Assembly (NCBI GenBank): GCA_965202805.1
Contig: OZ241869.1
Span: 160,001-224,000 of the forward strand
Direction of reading: 5' to 3'
DNA from: Longimicrobiales bacterium
GTDB taxonomy: Bacteria > Gemmatimonadota > Gemmatimonadetes > Longimicrobiales > Gaopeijiaceae
DNA length: 64,000 nucleotides
Position 1 is the first letter of the stretch. Each line of letters opens with the position of its first letter. The notes beneath the pieces are model-generated. The model was not told the DNA's origin, made no database searches, and saw nothing but the letters and a program-made list of their open reading frames with translations. This document shows, piece after piece, positions 9,655 through 20,960 of the stretch. Both the position numbers and the translations under genes were made by a program.

Positions 9655-10739
9655 CTGAGCCGCTGGAACCTCACGGATGGGAATCCCGATGTGCCGGTGG
9701 CGTTGTAGTAGTCGAACACCTGCACCTTGTAGACCTCCTGACCCGCGGCAACCAGGAATACGTTGTACGTTGGCCACATGCGGTTGTTCTCCTGGATCCC
9801 GTACCAGAAGGTTCCTGCGGCGTCATCCACGCCGGCGGGGAAGGCGCCCGAGATCACCGACAGGAAGTCGGCGTAGTCCGGTGCGTCGTCCGCCCGGGCC
9901 TGTGCGTTGAAGTCCTGCGTGGCGTCGAGCGGGAAGGTCCCCGCTCCGCAGGCCCCGTTGATCAGAATGCTGAACTCGGGAGAGATGCCGATGTCCCAGT
10001 CACAGCTGTCGGGCCGGGGCATGTCGGCCCCGGCGAAGCCCACGAACGCCGGACCGCGGGACAGGTCGGCGACTGCCGTCTGCGAGGCTCCCAGCGCGCC
10101 ACCGGGGTCCTGACGGCGGTATTCGATCTCGACGCCCAGCGGCCGCTGCCCCTGCATCCGGATCGCCGAGACCCGGAAGAGCGCGAATCCCCGGTCGCTG
10201 CTCTCCCGCACCTTCCACGCCGCGCCCGGATTGGCCACCAACGTGCCCGATTGTCCATCGAACCGGAACCACGAAGCGCCGGGATCGGGCGCCAGACCGT
10301 CTTCCACGAAGGATGACGCGGCCGGGATGTCCGCCTCGGTGACCGCTTCGAACGATGCCCGTCCCTCGTCGGCGGTCAGCGCGGCGACCTGCTCTGCGGC
10401 CATGCCGCCGTTGTTCTCGAGATTGTAACCCGCCACGGAGCCCGGACCCGCGACGCCGCCGTTCAACCGTACGGAAAAGCGCCGGAACGCCATGTGCCAG
10501 TCGGTGGACGCGGTCGGATCGGCCGGGGTGACCAGGGCACCTTCAGCGAGGTTCAGGTAGACGAAATCGACAGGCGAGGAAGCGTCGAGAGAAACCTCGC
10601 CTTCCTCGAAGATCTCTTCCTCCTCCGGGGCTGCAACCTCGGATTCGCACGCCGCGAGGCAGAGCAGGAGCGGGAGGAGGGCGATGACTTCAATGCGGGC
10701 GCGCGCGTGCTTGCCCGGATTTAAAGGTCTGTCGGACAT
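9651..10739 (-). CDS. hmuY: HmuY-family heme-binding lipoprotein (apparently two-domain)
   Basis: Lipobox LAAC; DWHMAFRRFSVRLNGGxxGPG, WDIG and VYKVQVFDYYNATGTSG motifs typical of HmuY. Confidence 0.8.
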   Translation of the reverse strand: MSDRPLNPGKHARARIEVIALLPLLLCLAACESEVAAPEEEEIFEEGEVSLDASSPVDFVYLNLAEGALVTPADPTASTDWHMAFRRFSVRLNGGVAGPGSVAGYNLENNGGMAAEQVAALTADEGRASFEAVTEADIPAASSFVEDGLAPDPGASWFRFDGQSGTLVANPGAAWKVRESSDRGFALFRVSAIRMQGQRPLGVEIEYRRQDPGGALGASQTAVADLSRGPAFVGFAGADMPRPDSCDWDIGISPEFSILINGACGAGTFPLDATQDFNAQARADDAPDYADFLSVISGAFPAGVDDAAGTFWYGIQENNRMWPTYNVFLVAAGQEVYKVQVFDYYNATGTSGFPSVRFQRLR

Positions 10740-10845
10740 GGGTAGGTCCTTGAGTGGCTGTTGACACAGGGAGAGAGATGCGTTGCCCGGGATTACATCA
10801 GCAGGCGCCGTGCCGCGAAAACCGGGGGGCGTGTTGCGCGATCCG

Positions 10846-11859
10846 CTATCGTCGCAGGGGGGGCCACCTGAACGAGCGACGATCGTCTTTCGTCACGGCG
10901 GAGCACGGTCCGAGCGTCGAAACGAAGCCGGCCGCGCAGAAGACTGCCGAACCGCGAACGGCCACCCAGTCCCCAACCAGACGGTGCGGGAGGAGACCGT
11001 CGGTGCCGACGTAGTCGAGCCCCTCCAGCACCTCGGCGTAAGGTCCGAATCCGTAGACGCGGTAGGGTATGACGACCACCTGGTCCCACTGTTCGTTCAT
11101 CCGTGACACGGTCGCCCGGATTTCCCGTTCCGCCCTGGCTCGCGCTTCCGCCCAATCCTCCCTCAGGGCGGCGACCTGAACCTGGCCGTAACCGCTGACG
11201 CGCAATCCTTCGGCGCTGTGTTCCATGGCTTCGAGCAGACGCCGGTTCTCGTCCTCGGCGCCCATCCCGTGAGCGATCAGCAGCACGGCCGTGGTCGCCG
11301 GGTCGGGTGAGGAGTCATTGGCCCGGCCGAGGACGATGCCGTTCACCTGGTCCGAGCCCGCCATTCCGGCCATGTCCAGCAGGACCCGGGAATCGGTCCT
11401 GAGGAGAGGCAGCTCGGAGCCGGCCACCATGCGATGTCCCATCATCGCACGCGCGGGTGGATCCGGACGCAGGCCAAAGAGGAACTTGGTCTGGTGCAGG
11501 AAGGAGGCACCCGACAGAAACAGCCTCACAACCGCGACGGTGCTCGCCCCCTGGGCTTCGAGCTCATCCAGCGCCGCCTGCAGCGTGTGGGGATTCGCCA
11601 TGCCGAAGGCCACCGCCACCGGGATGCGCTCGCGCAGCTCGGAGACGGAGGCGTTGACGTGTTCGTTCCACTCCTCGCCGCCGCCGTGCGCCATGACGAG
11701 CACGCCCGGGTTGCCCTCGGCTTGCGTGGCGGAGGTCTCCGGGGCGGTGGGAGCAGGGGATGAGGAGGGAGAGGCCTGGGGCGTCGACATGCAGCCGCCG
11801 GCCAGCGAGAGCACCGCGAGGGCGGACAACAGGACAGTCGCACCGGATGGACGAGGCAT
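10846..11859 (-). CDS. Exported CbiX/sirohydrochlorin-chelatase-like lipoprotein
   Basis: GGAGA RBS; signal ending LAGGC; two AHG motifs (VLVMAHGG, LLIAHGM), VAFGMA and VVRLFLSG of the class II chelatase fold. Confidence 0.75.
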   Translation of the reverse strand: MPRPSGATVLLSALAVLSLAGGCMSTPQASPSSSPAPTAPETSATQAEGNPGVLVMAHGGGEEWNEHVNASVSELRERIPVAVAFGMANPHTLQAALDELEAQGASTVAVVRLFLSGASFLHQTKFLFGLRPDPPARAMMGHRMVAGSELPLLRTDSRVLLDMAGMAGSDQVNGIVLGRANDSSPDPATTAVLLIAHGMGAEDENRRLLEAMEHSAEGLRVSGYGQVQVAALREDWAEARARAEREIRATVSRMNEQWDQVVVIPYRVYGFGPYAEVLEGLDYVGTDGLLPHRLVGDWVAVRGSAVFCAAGFVSTLGPCSAVTKDDRRSFRWPPLRR

Positions 11860-11885
11860 CGGGTGTCTCCGCAAGGATGTATGGG

Positions 11886-11904
11886 AATGAGAATCAGTCT
11901 CAAC
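11886..11904. promoter_or_regulatory. Fur-type operator
   Basis: AATGAGAATCAGTCTCAAC; 7-1-7 core TGAGAAT-C-AGTCTCA lies just downstream of the predicted TSS of the chelatase-hmuY-TBDR run. Confidence 0.75.
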
Positions 11905-11918
11905 TTCCGCGTGGAGCA

Positions 11919-11947
11919 ATGCTAGGGACGCCGGGGGCGGGCGTCAA
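11919..11947 (-). promoter_or_regulatory. sigma70-type promoter
   Basis: TTGACG-N17-TAGCAT on the minus strand. Confidence 0.7.
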
Positions 11948-11977
11948 CCCTCGTCGATTCGCGGAATGCGCGGAGCG

Positions 11978-12990
<1,013 letters not shown>

Positions 12991-12994
<4 letters not shown>

Positions 12995-14484
12995 GGCGTT
13001 GCCCCGGGTTCCGCGTTTGAACCGCTGGCGATTCGTGTTTGAACGGCTTCGGTTCCGAATCGCTCGATGGCTCGCAGCGTCTCGCGCACGTCGGTCCAGG
13101 TGGTCGTGTGATTGAGGATGCACATCCGCAGCGCGAAACGTCCCGCGAGACGCGTTGACGACATGAATGCGCGGTCCTCCCAGAAAACCCGGGCGAGCAC
13201 CGTGCGGTTGATCTCCTCCAGGGATTGCTCGTTCAGCCCGGCGTTGCGGGGGTTGACCCGGAAGCACACGATCCCCAGCGATGCGGGGCTCAGAATCTCC
13301 AGAACCGGGCTCGCGCCGATGTACTCCTCCGCCTGGTCGGCCAGTTGCATCCCCCGCGATACCGCGCGCCGGAACGCGGCCATGCCGAAGGTCTGAACCG
13401 AGACCCAGATCTTCAGCGCCCGCACCGAGCGGCTGAGTTGCAGGCCGCGGTCGGAGAAATTCGGGTGATCCGACCCCCATATGGTGTCCTGCAACATGTC
13501 GTGGGGAACCGCGAACGCGTTCTCCAGCGTCGTCACGTCCTTCACCATGAGGCAGCCCGCCTCGTACGGCTGGAAGAACCATTTGTGCGCATCCAGTGCG
13601 ATCGAGTCGGCCCGCTCGATCCCGCGCAACAGCTTCTCCCCCCTTCCGGTCACGATCGCGAAGCCTCCGTAGGAGGCGTCGACGTGGAGCCAGATGCCTT
13701 CCGCCTCGCAGTAGTCCGCCATCGCTTCGAGCGGATCGATGGCGCCGGTGCTGCCCGTTCCTGCGTTCGCGCACACCGCAACGGGATTGAATCCCGCGGC
13801 ACGATCGGCGGCCACGGCCTGTGCAAGAGCATCCATATCCAGGCGCAACCCCTCGTCGCTCGGAAGCTGCCGGATGCACTCCGGCCGAACGCCGACGATT
13901 CTGGCTGCGCGGGTCTGGGCGCTGTGGCCCTGGTCGCTCATGTACACGGTGGCCCGCTGCGGATGGCCCGCGCTGTCGCGCGCCGCGACCAGACCGTTCA
14001 GCGCTGCCGCAGAGCCTCCGCTCGTCAGGATCCCGCCCGCACCCTCGGGATAACCAAGCCAGTTGCGGACCCACTCGAGGACGACCAGTTCAACCTGGCT
14101 GGGACCGCTGGCGACCAGCCAGCTGCATGCGTTGGCGCTGTACCCGGAGACGAGAAAGTCGGCGAGCACGCCTGGCCAGGTGGGCGATGACGGGATGAAC
14201 CCGAAGCACCGCGGGTGGTCGAGACGCAGTGCCAGCGGGAGGATCTCGCCCGCGGCTCTCTCAAGCACCTCCCCGCCCGGAAGGCCGTGTTCGGGCGGCT
14301 CCACCATCAGTCGGTCGAGCCCCTGCTTGAACTCCCCGTCCCACGCGCGCTCGGAAGGCAGGCCCGTGATCCGCTTCACCAGCAGTGCGGCGGTCTCGTG
14401 CGCCAGGGCGAGCATCTCCTCCGGCGACATCTGGAGGGCGTTGCGCGGCTCGCGGGAACTCTGTTCGGGGCTGGACGGGGTCAC
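12991..14484 (-). CDS. Group II PLP-dependent decarboxylase (aromatic-L-amino-acid decarboxylase-like)
   Basis: [21 protein letters not shown] and DAHKW (PLP lysine); start could instead be the ATG near 14430. Confidence 0.9.
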
Positions 14485-14527
14485 GATGCGAGAAGTCCGG
14501 GGTTGCGGGTGCGATGGCAGGATGGGC

Positions 14528-15724
14528 TCACGGGGGAGTGTAGCTTGCCTCTACCCACGAACCGGCGCGGTGGCTCCGGATGGCGGCATCGATGAAGTGA
14601 ATGCCGTGGGCGCCGTCACGGACGGTGGGGAAGTCGGGCTGCGGGTCCTCTTCACCGTCGTCCGGTGAGCGGCGGCCCACCGGCCCGGGCCCGCCACCCG
14701 CACGGCCCCGCGCCCGCACCGCCCGCGCGACTTCCCGGTAGAGGTTCGCGAACGCCTCCACGAAGCCCTCCGGGTGGCCGCCGGGCAGGCGGGTGGCGGC
14801 CGCGGCGGTGGGAGCGCGGGTTCCCGCGGCGCGGTGCACCACCTCGACCGAGCCGTCGGCCCGCAGCAGGCGCAGGCGGTTCGGCTCCTCCTGGCTCCAG
14901 TCGAGCCCGCCCTCGCTGCCGTAGACGCGCAGCCGCAGGTGGTTGCGCTCGCCGGTGGCGATCTGGGAGGCCATGAGCACGCCCCGCACCCCGCCGTCGA
15001 GCTCAAGCAGCACGGCTGCGTCGTCGTGCGCGACCCGGCCCGCCACCACGGTGCCCAGGTCGGCGAACAGGCGCCGCACCTCCAGGCCGGTCACGTAGCG
15101 GAGCAGGTGGTGCGCGTGGGAGCCGATGTCCCCCAGCACCGCGGACGGCCCCCCGCGCGCGGGATCCGCCCTCCACTCCGCCTGCTTGTGTCCCTCCGTC
15201 TCCAGCAGCTCCGCCAGCCATCCCTGCGCATACTCGACCACGACCTTGCGCACCTGCCCGATGGCGCCGCCACGAACTCGCGCGCGCGCTTCCCTGACCA
15301 GCGGGTAGCCGGAATAGTTGTAGGTCACCGCGAAGACGAGGCCGGTCGACGCGGCCAGGCGGCACAGGTCGTCGGCTTCCTCCACCGTCAGCGCCAGCGG
15401 CTTGTCGCAGATGACGTGCATGCCTCCTTCCATGAAAGCGCGCGCGACCGGATGATGCAGGTGGTTCGGGGTGACGATCACCGCCGCGTGGATGCGCTCA
15501 CCGTGAGGGAGGGCCGCCTCGCCTCGCGCCATCGCCTGCCACGATCCGTAGGCGCGATCCGCCGCCAGTCCCAGCCGGGCTCCAGTCCCTCGCGCCATCT
15601 CCGCGTCCGCCGAAAACGCGCCCGCGCAGAGTCGCCATTCGCCGTCGAGGGCGGCTGCCATGCGGTGCACCGGGCCTATGAAGGCGCCTGGTCCGCCTCC
15701 GACCATGCCGTAGCGGAGGGTCAA
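14528..15724 (-). CDS. Gfo/Idh/MocA oxidoreductase
   Basis: TTG start with GGAGGAGG RBS; GMVGGGPGAFIG, TPNHLH, CDKP, DIGSH. Confidence 0.9.
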   Translation of the reverse strand: MTLRYGMVGGGPGAFIGPVHRMAAALDGEWRLCAGAFSADAEMARGTGARLGLAADRAYGSWQAMARGEAALPHGERIHAAVIVTPNHLHHPVARAFMEGGMHVICDKPLALTVEEADDLCRLAASTGLVFAVTYNYSGYPLVREARARVRGGAIGQVRKVVVEYAQGWLAELLETEGHKQAEWRADPARGGPSAVLGDIGSHAHHLLRYVTGLEVRRLFADLGTVVAGRVAHDDAAVLLELDGGVRGVLMASQIATGERNHLRLRVYGSEGGLDWSQEEPNRLRLLRADGSVEVVHRAAGTRAPTAAAATRLPGGHPEGFVEAFANLYREVARAVRARGRAGGGPGPVGRRSPDDGEEDPQPDFPTVRDGAHGIHFIDAAIRSHRAGSWVEASYTPP

Positions 15725-15839
15725 GGCCGTCCTCCTCCATGCGGTGGACGCTCGTCTTCGGAAGCGCGCGGCCCGGCTCGATGCCGCGTGCCGGCCTCAC
15801 CGAGCCGGCGGGTTGGCCTGGCGCGGGCGGCGCGTGGGT

Positions 15840-17330
15840 TCATCCCGGCTCCGCGATCCGCCGCGCCCGGTATCCGCCCTGCCTGCGGGCACGCGCCCGC
15901 ATCACTCCGAAAATCACTACCAGGATGGCGCACAGCGGCACCAGATAGCGGAACGAGATGCGTCCCCCGAAGTTGTCCGCCGGACCGAGGATCGCCTGTG
16001 CATCCCCGGTGAGCCCTTGGCCTGCCCCGGAATCGATGATCTGCCGGAGCGCGTTGGCGGTGGCGGGGGAGGGCAGGGCGCCCGCCGACCGGTATTCGTT
16101 CACCACATCTGCGGCCGCGGAGCGGGCGGCGCTCGCATCGGGTCCCGGCACGGCCGCCAGCTCGCCGTCGGCGCGTTCGAACAGCGCCACCACCTCAACC
16201 ACCGGCAGCTGGTCGTGGGCGTACACGTCGGCCACCCGGCCCATCTGGGGCGCGGTCACCAGCCCGGTGGTCGCCATCCCCACCGCCCCCATCAGCCCCA
16301 GGCCCAGTGCGCCGCTCTTCGGCACGCGCTCCGAGACCACGCCCAGCATGGTGGGCCAGATGTAGCAGATGCCCACCGCGTAGACCGTCGCGGTAAGGAA
16401 GACCGCGGCCGCGCCCGACGCGTAGCTGAAGGCGAGCAGCCCGACCCCGGTCAGGGCCGCGGACACGAGCAGCACCCCCGGCGGCGCGAGCCGGTGCACG
16501 ACCGCCCCCGCCCGGTGGCGCAGCACCGCCATGAGGCCGTTGATCCACACCAGAACCAGGATGCCCGGGATGCCCCCCGCCTCCAGCACCGCCGGGACCC
16601 AGCGGGTAGGGCCGATCTCGATGGACGCCGTCATCGTCATTGCGAACAGCATGAGCAGCATGAACGGCGTGGTAAGCGCGGCGCGGAACATCTCGCCCAC
16701 CGAAACGCCCGCCTGCACCCCTTCCGTGGGCGGAAACTGCTCCCGCAGCAGCAGGCGGCCGTAGACCAGGGTCGGGATGACGATCAGCGCGATCTTCACC
16801 CGCCACTCCCCGAGGATCTCCAGCCCCCCAGAGAAGGCCGCCAGCTGATCCAGCCCGAACGCGGCCAGTCCTCCGAGCACGATCCCGCCCGGGAACCAGA
16901 CGTGGAAGTTGTTCAGCTTGACGGTCTTGTTGCCCGGGTAGAGCGCCGCCACCAGGGGGTTGCACGCCGCTTCCACCAGCCCGTTTCCCATGGAGATGAT
17001 CAGCGCACCGGTGAAGAGATGCGCGAAGCTCCCTCCGAGGATCAGCGTGATCGTGCCGATCAGGTGCGCCGCGAACGCCGTGCGCAGGAGGGTGCGGAAA
17101 CCCAGCGTGTCGGCCAGCGGCGCGAAGACCACCTGCGAGAGCGCGAAGCCCCAGAGGGCCGCGCCCCCGATCCAGCCCACCTGCTCGTTGGTGAGCACGA
17201 ACTCGTTCTTGAGGTCGAGCATGACGGCGCCCACCGTCGCGAAGGCGACCGATGTGGCGATGAGGGCGACGCAGCTGCCCCGGAAGAGGCGTTCGGCGTT
17301 CGCCGATGGGCGGGTGTCGGATGGGGCCAT
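15840..17330 (-). CDS. MFS transporter
   Basis: About 12 hydrophobic segments; GNGLVEAACNPLVAALYP, WFPGGIV, WPTMLG. Confidence 0.9.
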   Translation of the reverse strand: MAPSDTRPSANAERLFRGSCVALIATSVAFATVGAVMLDLKNEFVLTNEQVGWIGGAALWGFALSQVVFAPLADTLGFRTLLRTAFAAHLIGTITLILGGSFAHLFTGALIISMGNGLVEAACNPLVAALYPGNKTVKLNNFHVWFPGGIVLGGLAAFGLDQLAAFSGGLEILGEWRVKIALIVIPTLVYGRLLLREQFPPTEGVQAGVSVGEMFRAALTTPFMLLMLFAMTMTASIEIGPTRWVPAVLEAGGIPGILVLVWINGLMAVLRHRAGAVVHRLAPPGVLLVSAALTGVGLLAFSYASGAAAVFLTATVYAVGICYIWPTMLGVVSERVPKSGALGLGLMGAVGMATTGLVTAPQMGRVADVYAHDQLPVVEVVALFERADGELAAVPGPDASAARSAAADVVNEYRSAGALPSPATANALRQIIDSGAGQGLTGDAQAILGPADNFGGRISFRYLVPLCAILVVIFGVMRARARRQGGYRARRIAEPG

Positions 17331-17356
17331 GGCGTGGTTCTGGTTGAGAGGGCCGG

Positions 17357-18148
17357 TCAGGCGAGCCCGATGTGGCGGAGCACTTCGGGCGGCGGCGGAT
17401 CCCAGCGGGTGAGGGGGGTGTTGCCGACGTACTGGATGTCGTCCATGCCTTCGGCCGTGGTCCAGAAGGCGGTGAGGGTCAGGTAGCGCACCCGGTCGAA
17501 GAAGAGGGACGGGGCTTCGAACGGCCCGCCTTCCGCCTGCTCCGGGTCGCAGATGTCGTCGCAGATGGTGTGCTGCTGCGCGGTCGTGAGGTCGCGGAAG
17601 CGGACGCCGGCCGCCGGGGCGCCGCCTCCGAAGCGCGCGTGTGCCTCGCGGTCGAGCCACACCAGGCCGCCCCGGATCAGCACGCCGCCCTCCTGCAGGG
17701 CCTCGTAGGGCGCGCTCACCCACTCGTCGATGAAGTCGTGGGCACCCACCTCGCTCGCGGAGGGAGAGCGGTCGTCGACGGGCAGGATGACGTCGCAGAG
17801 CACGGCCAGCGACGCGAGCTCGTCGGGGTCGAGTTGCCGCTCCCACGGTACCACGGGAGAGAGCAGGTCCGGATCCCAGAGGTCGCCGCGCGCGTGGGGG
17901 TTGGTGACCCGGCCGGGGGTGGCGCCGCCCGGCGTGGATGCTCCGGCGGCCGCGCCCGGCGCGCCGTTTTCGTCACCGGCTCCGGGACCGCAAGATGCAA
18001 GGCCGGGCGCGGCCGCGGCCAGCGCCATCACCTTGAGGGCGTGGCGGCGGTCCATGCTGCGCGCGTCCGGGGCCGGTTCACGCGCCTCAGCAATCGGCAA
18101 GACCCGTTCGCGCCGATCCTCGGCCTTCGTGCGCTCTTCGCTCATCAC
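17357..18148 (-). CDS. Gluconate 2-dehydrogenase subunit 3 family protein (Tat lipoprotein)
   Basis: DRRHALK twin-arginine then LASC; LCDVILP, SASEVGAHDFIDEW, FWTTAEG, YVGN. Confidence 0.85.
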   Translation of the reverse strand: MMSEERTKAEDRRERVLPIAEAREPAPDARSMDRRHALKVMALAAAAPGLASCGPGAGDENGAPGAAAGASTPGGATPGRVTNPHARGDLWDPDLLSPVVPWERQLDPDELASLAVLCDVILPVDDRSPSASEVGAHDFIDEWVSAPYEALQEGGVLIRGGLVWLDREAHARFGGGAPAAGVRFRDLTTAQQHTICDDICDPEQAEGGPFEAPSLFFDRVRYLTLTAFWTTAEGMDDIQYVGNTPLTRWDPPPPEVLRHIGLA

Positions 18149-19926
18149 AGGCTCCGGGTGCGCAGCTGTTCCACGATGTAATCCGACGCGCGCCAGGCCA
18201 GGGCCAGAATGGAGAGCGTCGGGTTCTTGTCCGCGTTGGACACGAAGCAGCCCCCGTCGGTCACGAACAGGTTGTCCACCTCCCAGGACTGGCAGAACTG
18301 GTTGAGCACGGAAGTGTTCGGGTCTTCTCCCATCATCACGCCGCCCACTTCATGGATGATGACGCCGGGGGCGGCGATCGCCCGCGCGCCGTCGTCGTGG
18401 ACGTCGCTGGTCACCCGGCCGCCCATCTCCTGGATGATGTCGGCGAAGGTGTGCTGCATGTGCCGGGCCTGGTTCAGTTCGTGCGAAGACCACTTCCAGT
18501 TGAATCTGAGGGTGGGGATGCCCCAGCGGTCCACGCCCTCGGGATCGATCTCGCAGTAGGAGTCCTCGTTGGGAATCATCTCGCCGCGCCCGTCGAACCA
18601 GAGGAACGAGCCGTAGTAGCGGCGGCACTCCTCCTTCAGCCGCTGTCCGTAGCTGCCTCCGGTGAGCTCCGCCAGTCCGCCCATGAATCCGAAGCCGGGC
18701 ATGCCCCGCCCGCCGCCGAACTCGATGTGGTACCCGCGGGCGAAGTCGAGCTGGCCGCGCGCCTGCTCCCGATAGAGCCACCAGGGCATGTACACATGGA
18801 GCCCCGAGGCGCCGTCCGCGTTGTGCGGGGGCATGTTCTCAAGCGCCGGAATCTGCCCCCCAACGCCCGCACCCACGGTGTCCATGACGTACTTGCCGAC
18901 CCGGCCGCTCCCGTTGCCCAGCCCGTCGGGGTGGAGGGAGCTCTTCGAGTTGAGGAGGATGCGCGCCGACTCGCAGGCGCTGGCCGCGAGCACGACCACG
19001 CGGGCGCTCGCATGTTCGTCCAGGCGGGTGTTCCTGTCGATGTAGTGCACGCCGGTGGCCCGCCCGCGCGCGTCGATGGTGACCTCGCGCACCATCGCGT
19101 CGGTGATGATGTCCAGGTTGCCGGTGGCCAGGGCGGGCGGCAGCAGCACGGTCGGGGTCTGGAAGTTGGCCTTGATGGAGCAGCCGCGAACGCAGGGTGT
19201 GGCGTAGAAGCACGCCGCGCGTGCCGCCATGGACTCCTCGGTAACCCGTTGCGCCAACGGGTTGCCGGGCCACAGGGTTCGCGCGATGCGGGCGGCGTCG
19301 AGACGCTGCGTGAGGACCGCCTTGTGAGCGGGGATGACGGGAATGTCCAGGTCACGGCAGTGGTGCCGCGTCAGCATCTCCTCGGCCCGGGGTGCCGGGG
19401 GCGGCAGGAGCACGCCCGGGGAGGAATTCGGGGTGTTCTCGAGCCCTTCGTTCGAGCCGTAGACGCCGATCAGGGCCTCGGTCCTGTCGTACCAGGGCGC
19501 GAGATCCTCGTAGGAGAGAGGCCAGTCGAAGCCCAGCCCGTCACGGGAATACGGCTTGAAGTCGTACTCGCCCATGCGCAGCGAGATGCGGCCCCAGTGG
19601 TTGGTGCGTCCGCCCAGCATGCGCGCCCGCCACCAGCGGAAGTCGGTGCCCTCCGCGCTGGAGTAGGGCTCGCCCGGCACCTCCCAGCCCCCGTCGACGG
19701 TCGCGTCGTAGAAGCCGAACGGCTTGTGGCGGGTGCCGCCGCCGCGCAGGGGTGCGTCGCGCGGGAGGTGGAACATGGGGGTCTCGGTGACCGGGTCGTA
19801 GTGCCGGCCCGCCTCCAGCATCAGCACCCGGAGGCCCGAGCAGGCGAGCACGTAGGCGGTCATGCCGCCGCCCGCGCCCGAGCCGACCACGATGGCGTCG
19901 TAGCTGTCCTGGGTGCGCGGGCTCAC
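18145..19926 (-). CDS. GMC family flavoprotein oxidoreductase (glycoside 3-dehydrogenase-like)
   Basis: VVGSGAGGG, LGGRTNHWGR, IIHEVGG, NLFVTDG, KNPTLSILALAWR. Confidence 0.9.
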   Translation of the reverse strand: MSPRTQDSYDAIVVGSGAGGGMTAYVLACSGLRVLMLEAGRHYDPVTETPMFHLPRDAPLRGGGTRHKPFGFYDATVDGGWEVPGEPYSSAEGTDFRWWRARMLGGRTNHWGRISLRMGEYDFKPYSRDGLGFDWPLSYEDLAPWYDRTEALIGVYGSNEGLENTPNSSPGVLLPPPAPRAEEMLTRHHCRDLDIPVIPAHKAVLTQRLDAARIARTLWPGNPLAQRVTEESMAARAACFYATPCVRGCSIKANFQTPTVLLPPALATGNLDIITDAMVREVTIDARGRATGVHYIDRNTRLDEHASARVVVLAASACESARILLNSKSSLHPDGLGNGSGRVGKYVMDTVGAGVGGQIPALENMPPHNADGASGLHVYMPWWLYREQARGQLDFARGYHIEFGGGRGMPGFGFMGGLAELTGGSYGQRLKEECRRYYGSFLWFDGRGEMIPNEDSYCEIDPEGVDRWGIPTLRFNWKWSSHELNQARHMQHTFADIIQEMGGRVTSDVHDDGARAIAAPGVIIHEVGGVMMGEDPNTSVLNQFCQSWEVDNLFVTDGGCFVSNADKNPTLSILALAWRASDYIVEQLRTRSL

Positions 19927-20960
19927 GCCGATCGATCCTCCGCGCCGGCGGGCACGATGTCCCGGAGCGCCCGGTAGCTGGCGCGCACGCTCTCGATCGG
20001 GTCGCCGGGCTCGTCGTGCTCCACGTACTGGTGCAGGAGTCCCAGTTCGCCCGCGCGCGCCAGCACGGTCCGGAAGTCGATCACACCGGCGCCCACGTCG
20101 GCCATGTCGCCCGCGGCGGTACGATCCTTCACGTGGACGCTGGTCACCCGGCCCGCGCGCGCGTTCAGTTCGGCAATGGGGTCGACGCCGCCGTGCACGA
20201 CCCAGTAGATGTCCATCTGCCAGTCGAACAGCTCCGGGTCGGTGCGGTCGAGCAGAAGGTCGATGGGGCGCACGCCGTCCGCCCCCGGGCGCATCTCCCA
20301 GTCGTGGTTGTGATAGCCGAAGCGGAGGCCGGCGGCGCGGGCGGCCTCACCCGCCCGGTTGAAGTCGTCCGCGACCCGTCGCAGCGCCTCCCCGTCGCGC
20401 TCGGCGACCGGGAGGGCCGGCACCACCACCAGGCGCTGGCCGAGCGCGACGGCGGCCTCGAGGGTCGCCTCCCAGCTTCCCCGCACCTCCTCCACGGAAT
20501 GGTGGCTCGACGTGGCCGCCAGCCCGACCGCGTCCAGCCGGCTCTTCATCTCCCGCGCGGACATCCCGTACAGGCCCGCCAGCTCGACCTCCTCGTAGCC
20601 GATGTCCGCGATTGTGGCGAGCGTTCCCTCCGGATCGGTGGCCATCACCGAACGAACCGTATAGAGCTGCACCCCGATGGCGGAGGGCACCTGGGAGGCG
20701 GTCCCGCCGGCTGGCGCGCCCCTCGCCGCCGACGCCCGATTCCCGGACCCGCCGCCATCCCGACCGGGATGCCCTGCATTCCCGGCGGGCCATCCCTCCG
20801 CCCCCGGCCACGCGCGGCCCGGTCCTCCCAGCCCGCCAGCCGCCACGACCGCCCCGGGAAGCGTCCCCAGGAAGCTCCGCCGGTCGAGAGTGCTCCGTTG
20901 CGCCTGCCGGACGCCCGGCTGCCCCGCGCCTCCCACCGGCACGTCTTCCGCCCTCCTCAT
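19923..20960 (-). CDS. Tat-exported sugar phosphate isomerase/epimerase TIM barrel
   Basis: DRRSFLG; IGVQLYTVR, GYHNHDWE, QMDIYW, HVKD, VEHD. Confidence 0.85.
   Translation of the reverse strand: MRRAEDVPVGGAGQPGVRQAQRSTLDRRSFLGTLPGAVVAAGGLGGPGRAWPGAEGWPAGNAGHPGRDGGGSGNRASAARGAPAGGTASQVPSAIGVQLYTVRSVMATDPEGTLATIADIGYEEVELAGLYGMSAREMKSRLDAVGLAATSSHHSVEEVRGSWEATLEAAVALGQRLVVVPALPVAERDGEALRRVADDFNRAGEAARAAGLRFGYHNHDWEMRPGADGVRPIDLLLDRTDPELFDWQMDIYWVVHGGVDPIAELNARAGRVTSVHVKDRTAAGDMADVGAGVIDFRTVLARAGELGLLHQYVEHDEPGDPIESVRASYRALRDIVPAGAEDRSA

Noticed and set aside
10740..10845. Cobalamin riboswitch for the TBDR/CbiX operon
   Set aside because: No B12-box or GGGAA/GCCACTG elements here or at 11860-11977; a Fur-type box explains the regulation better
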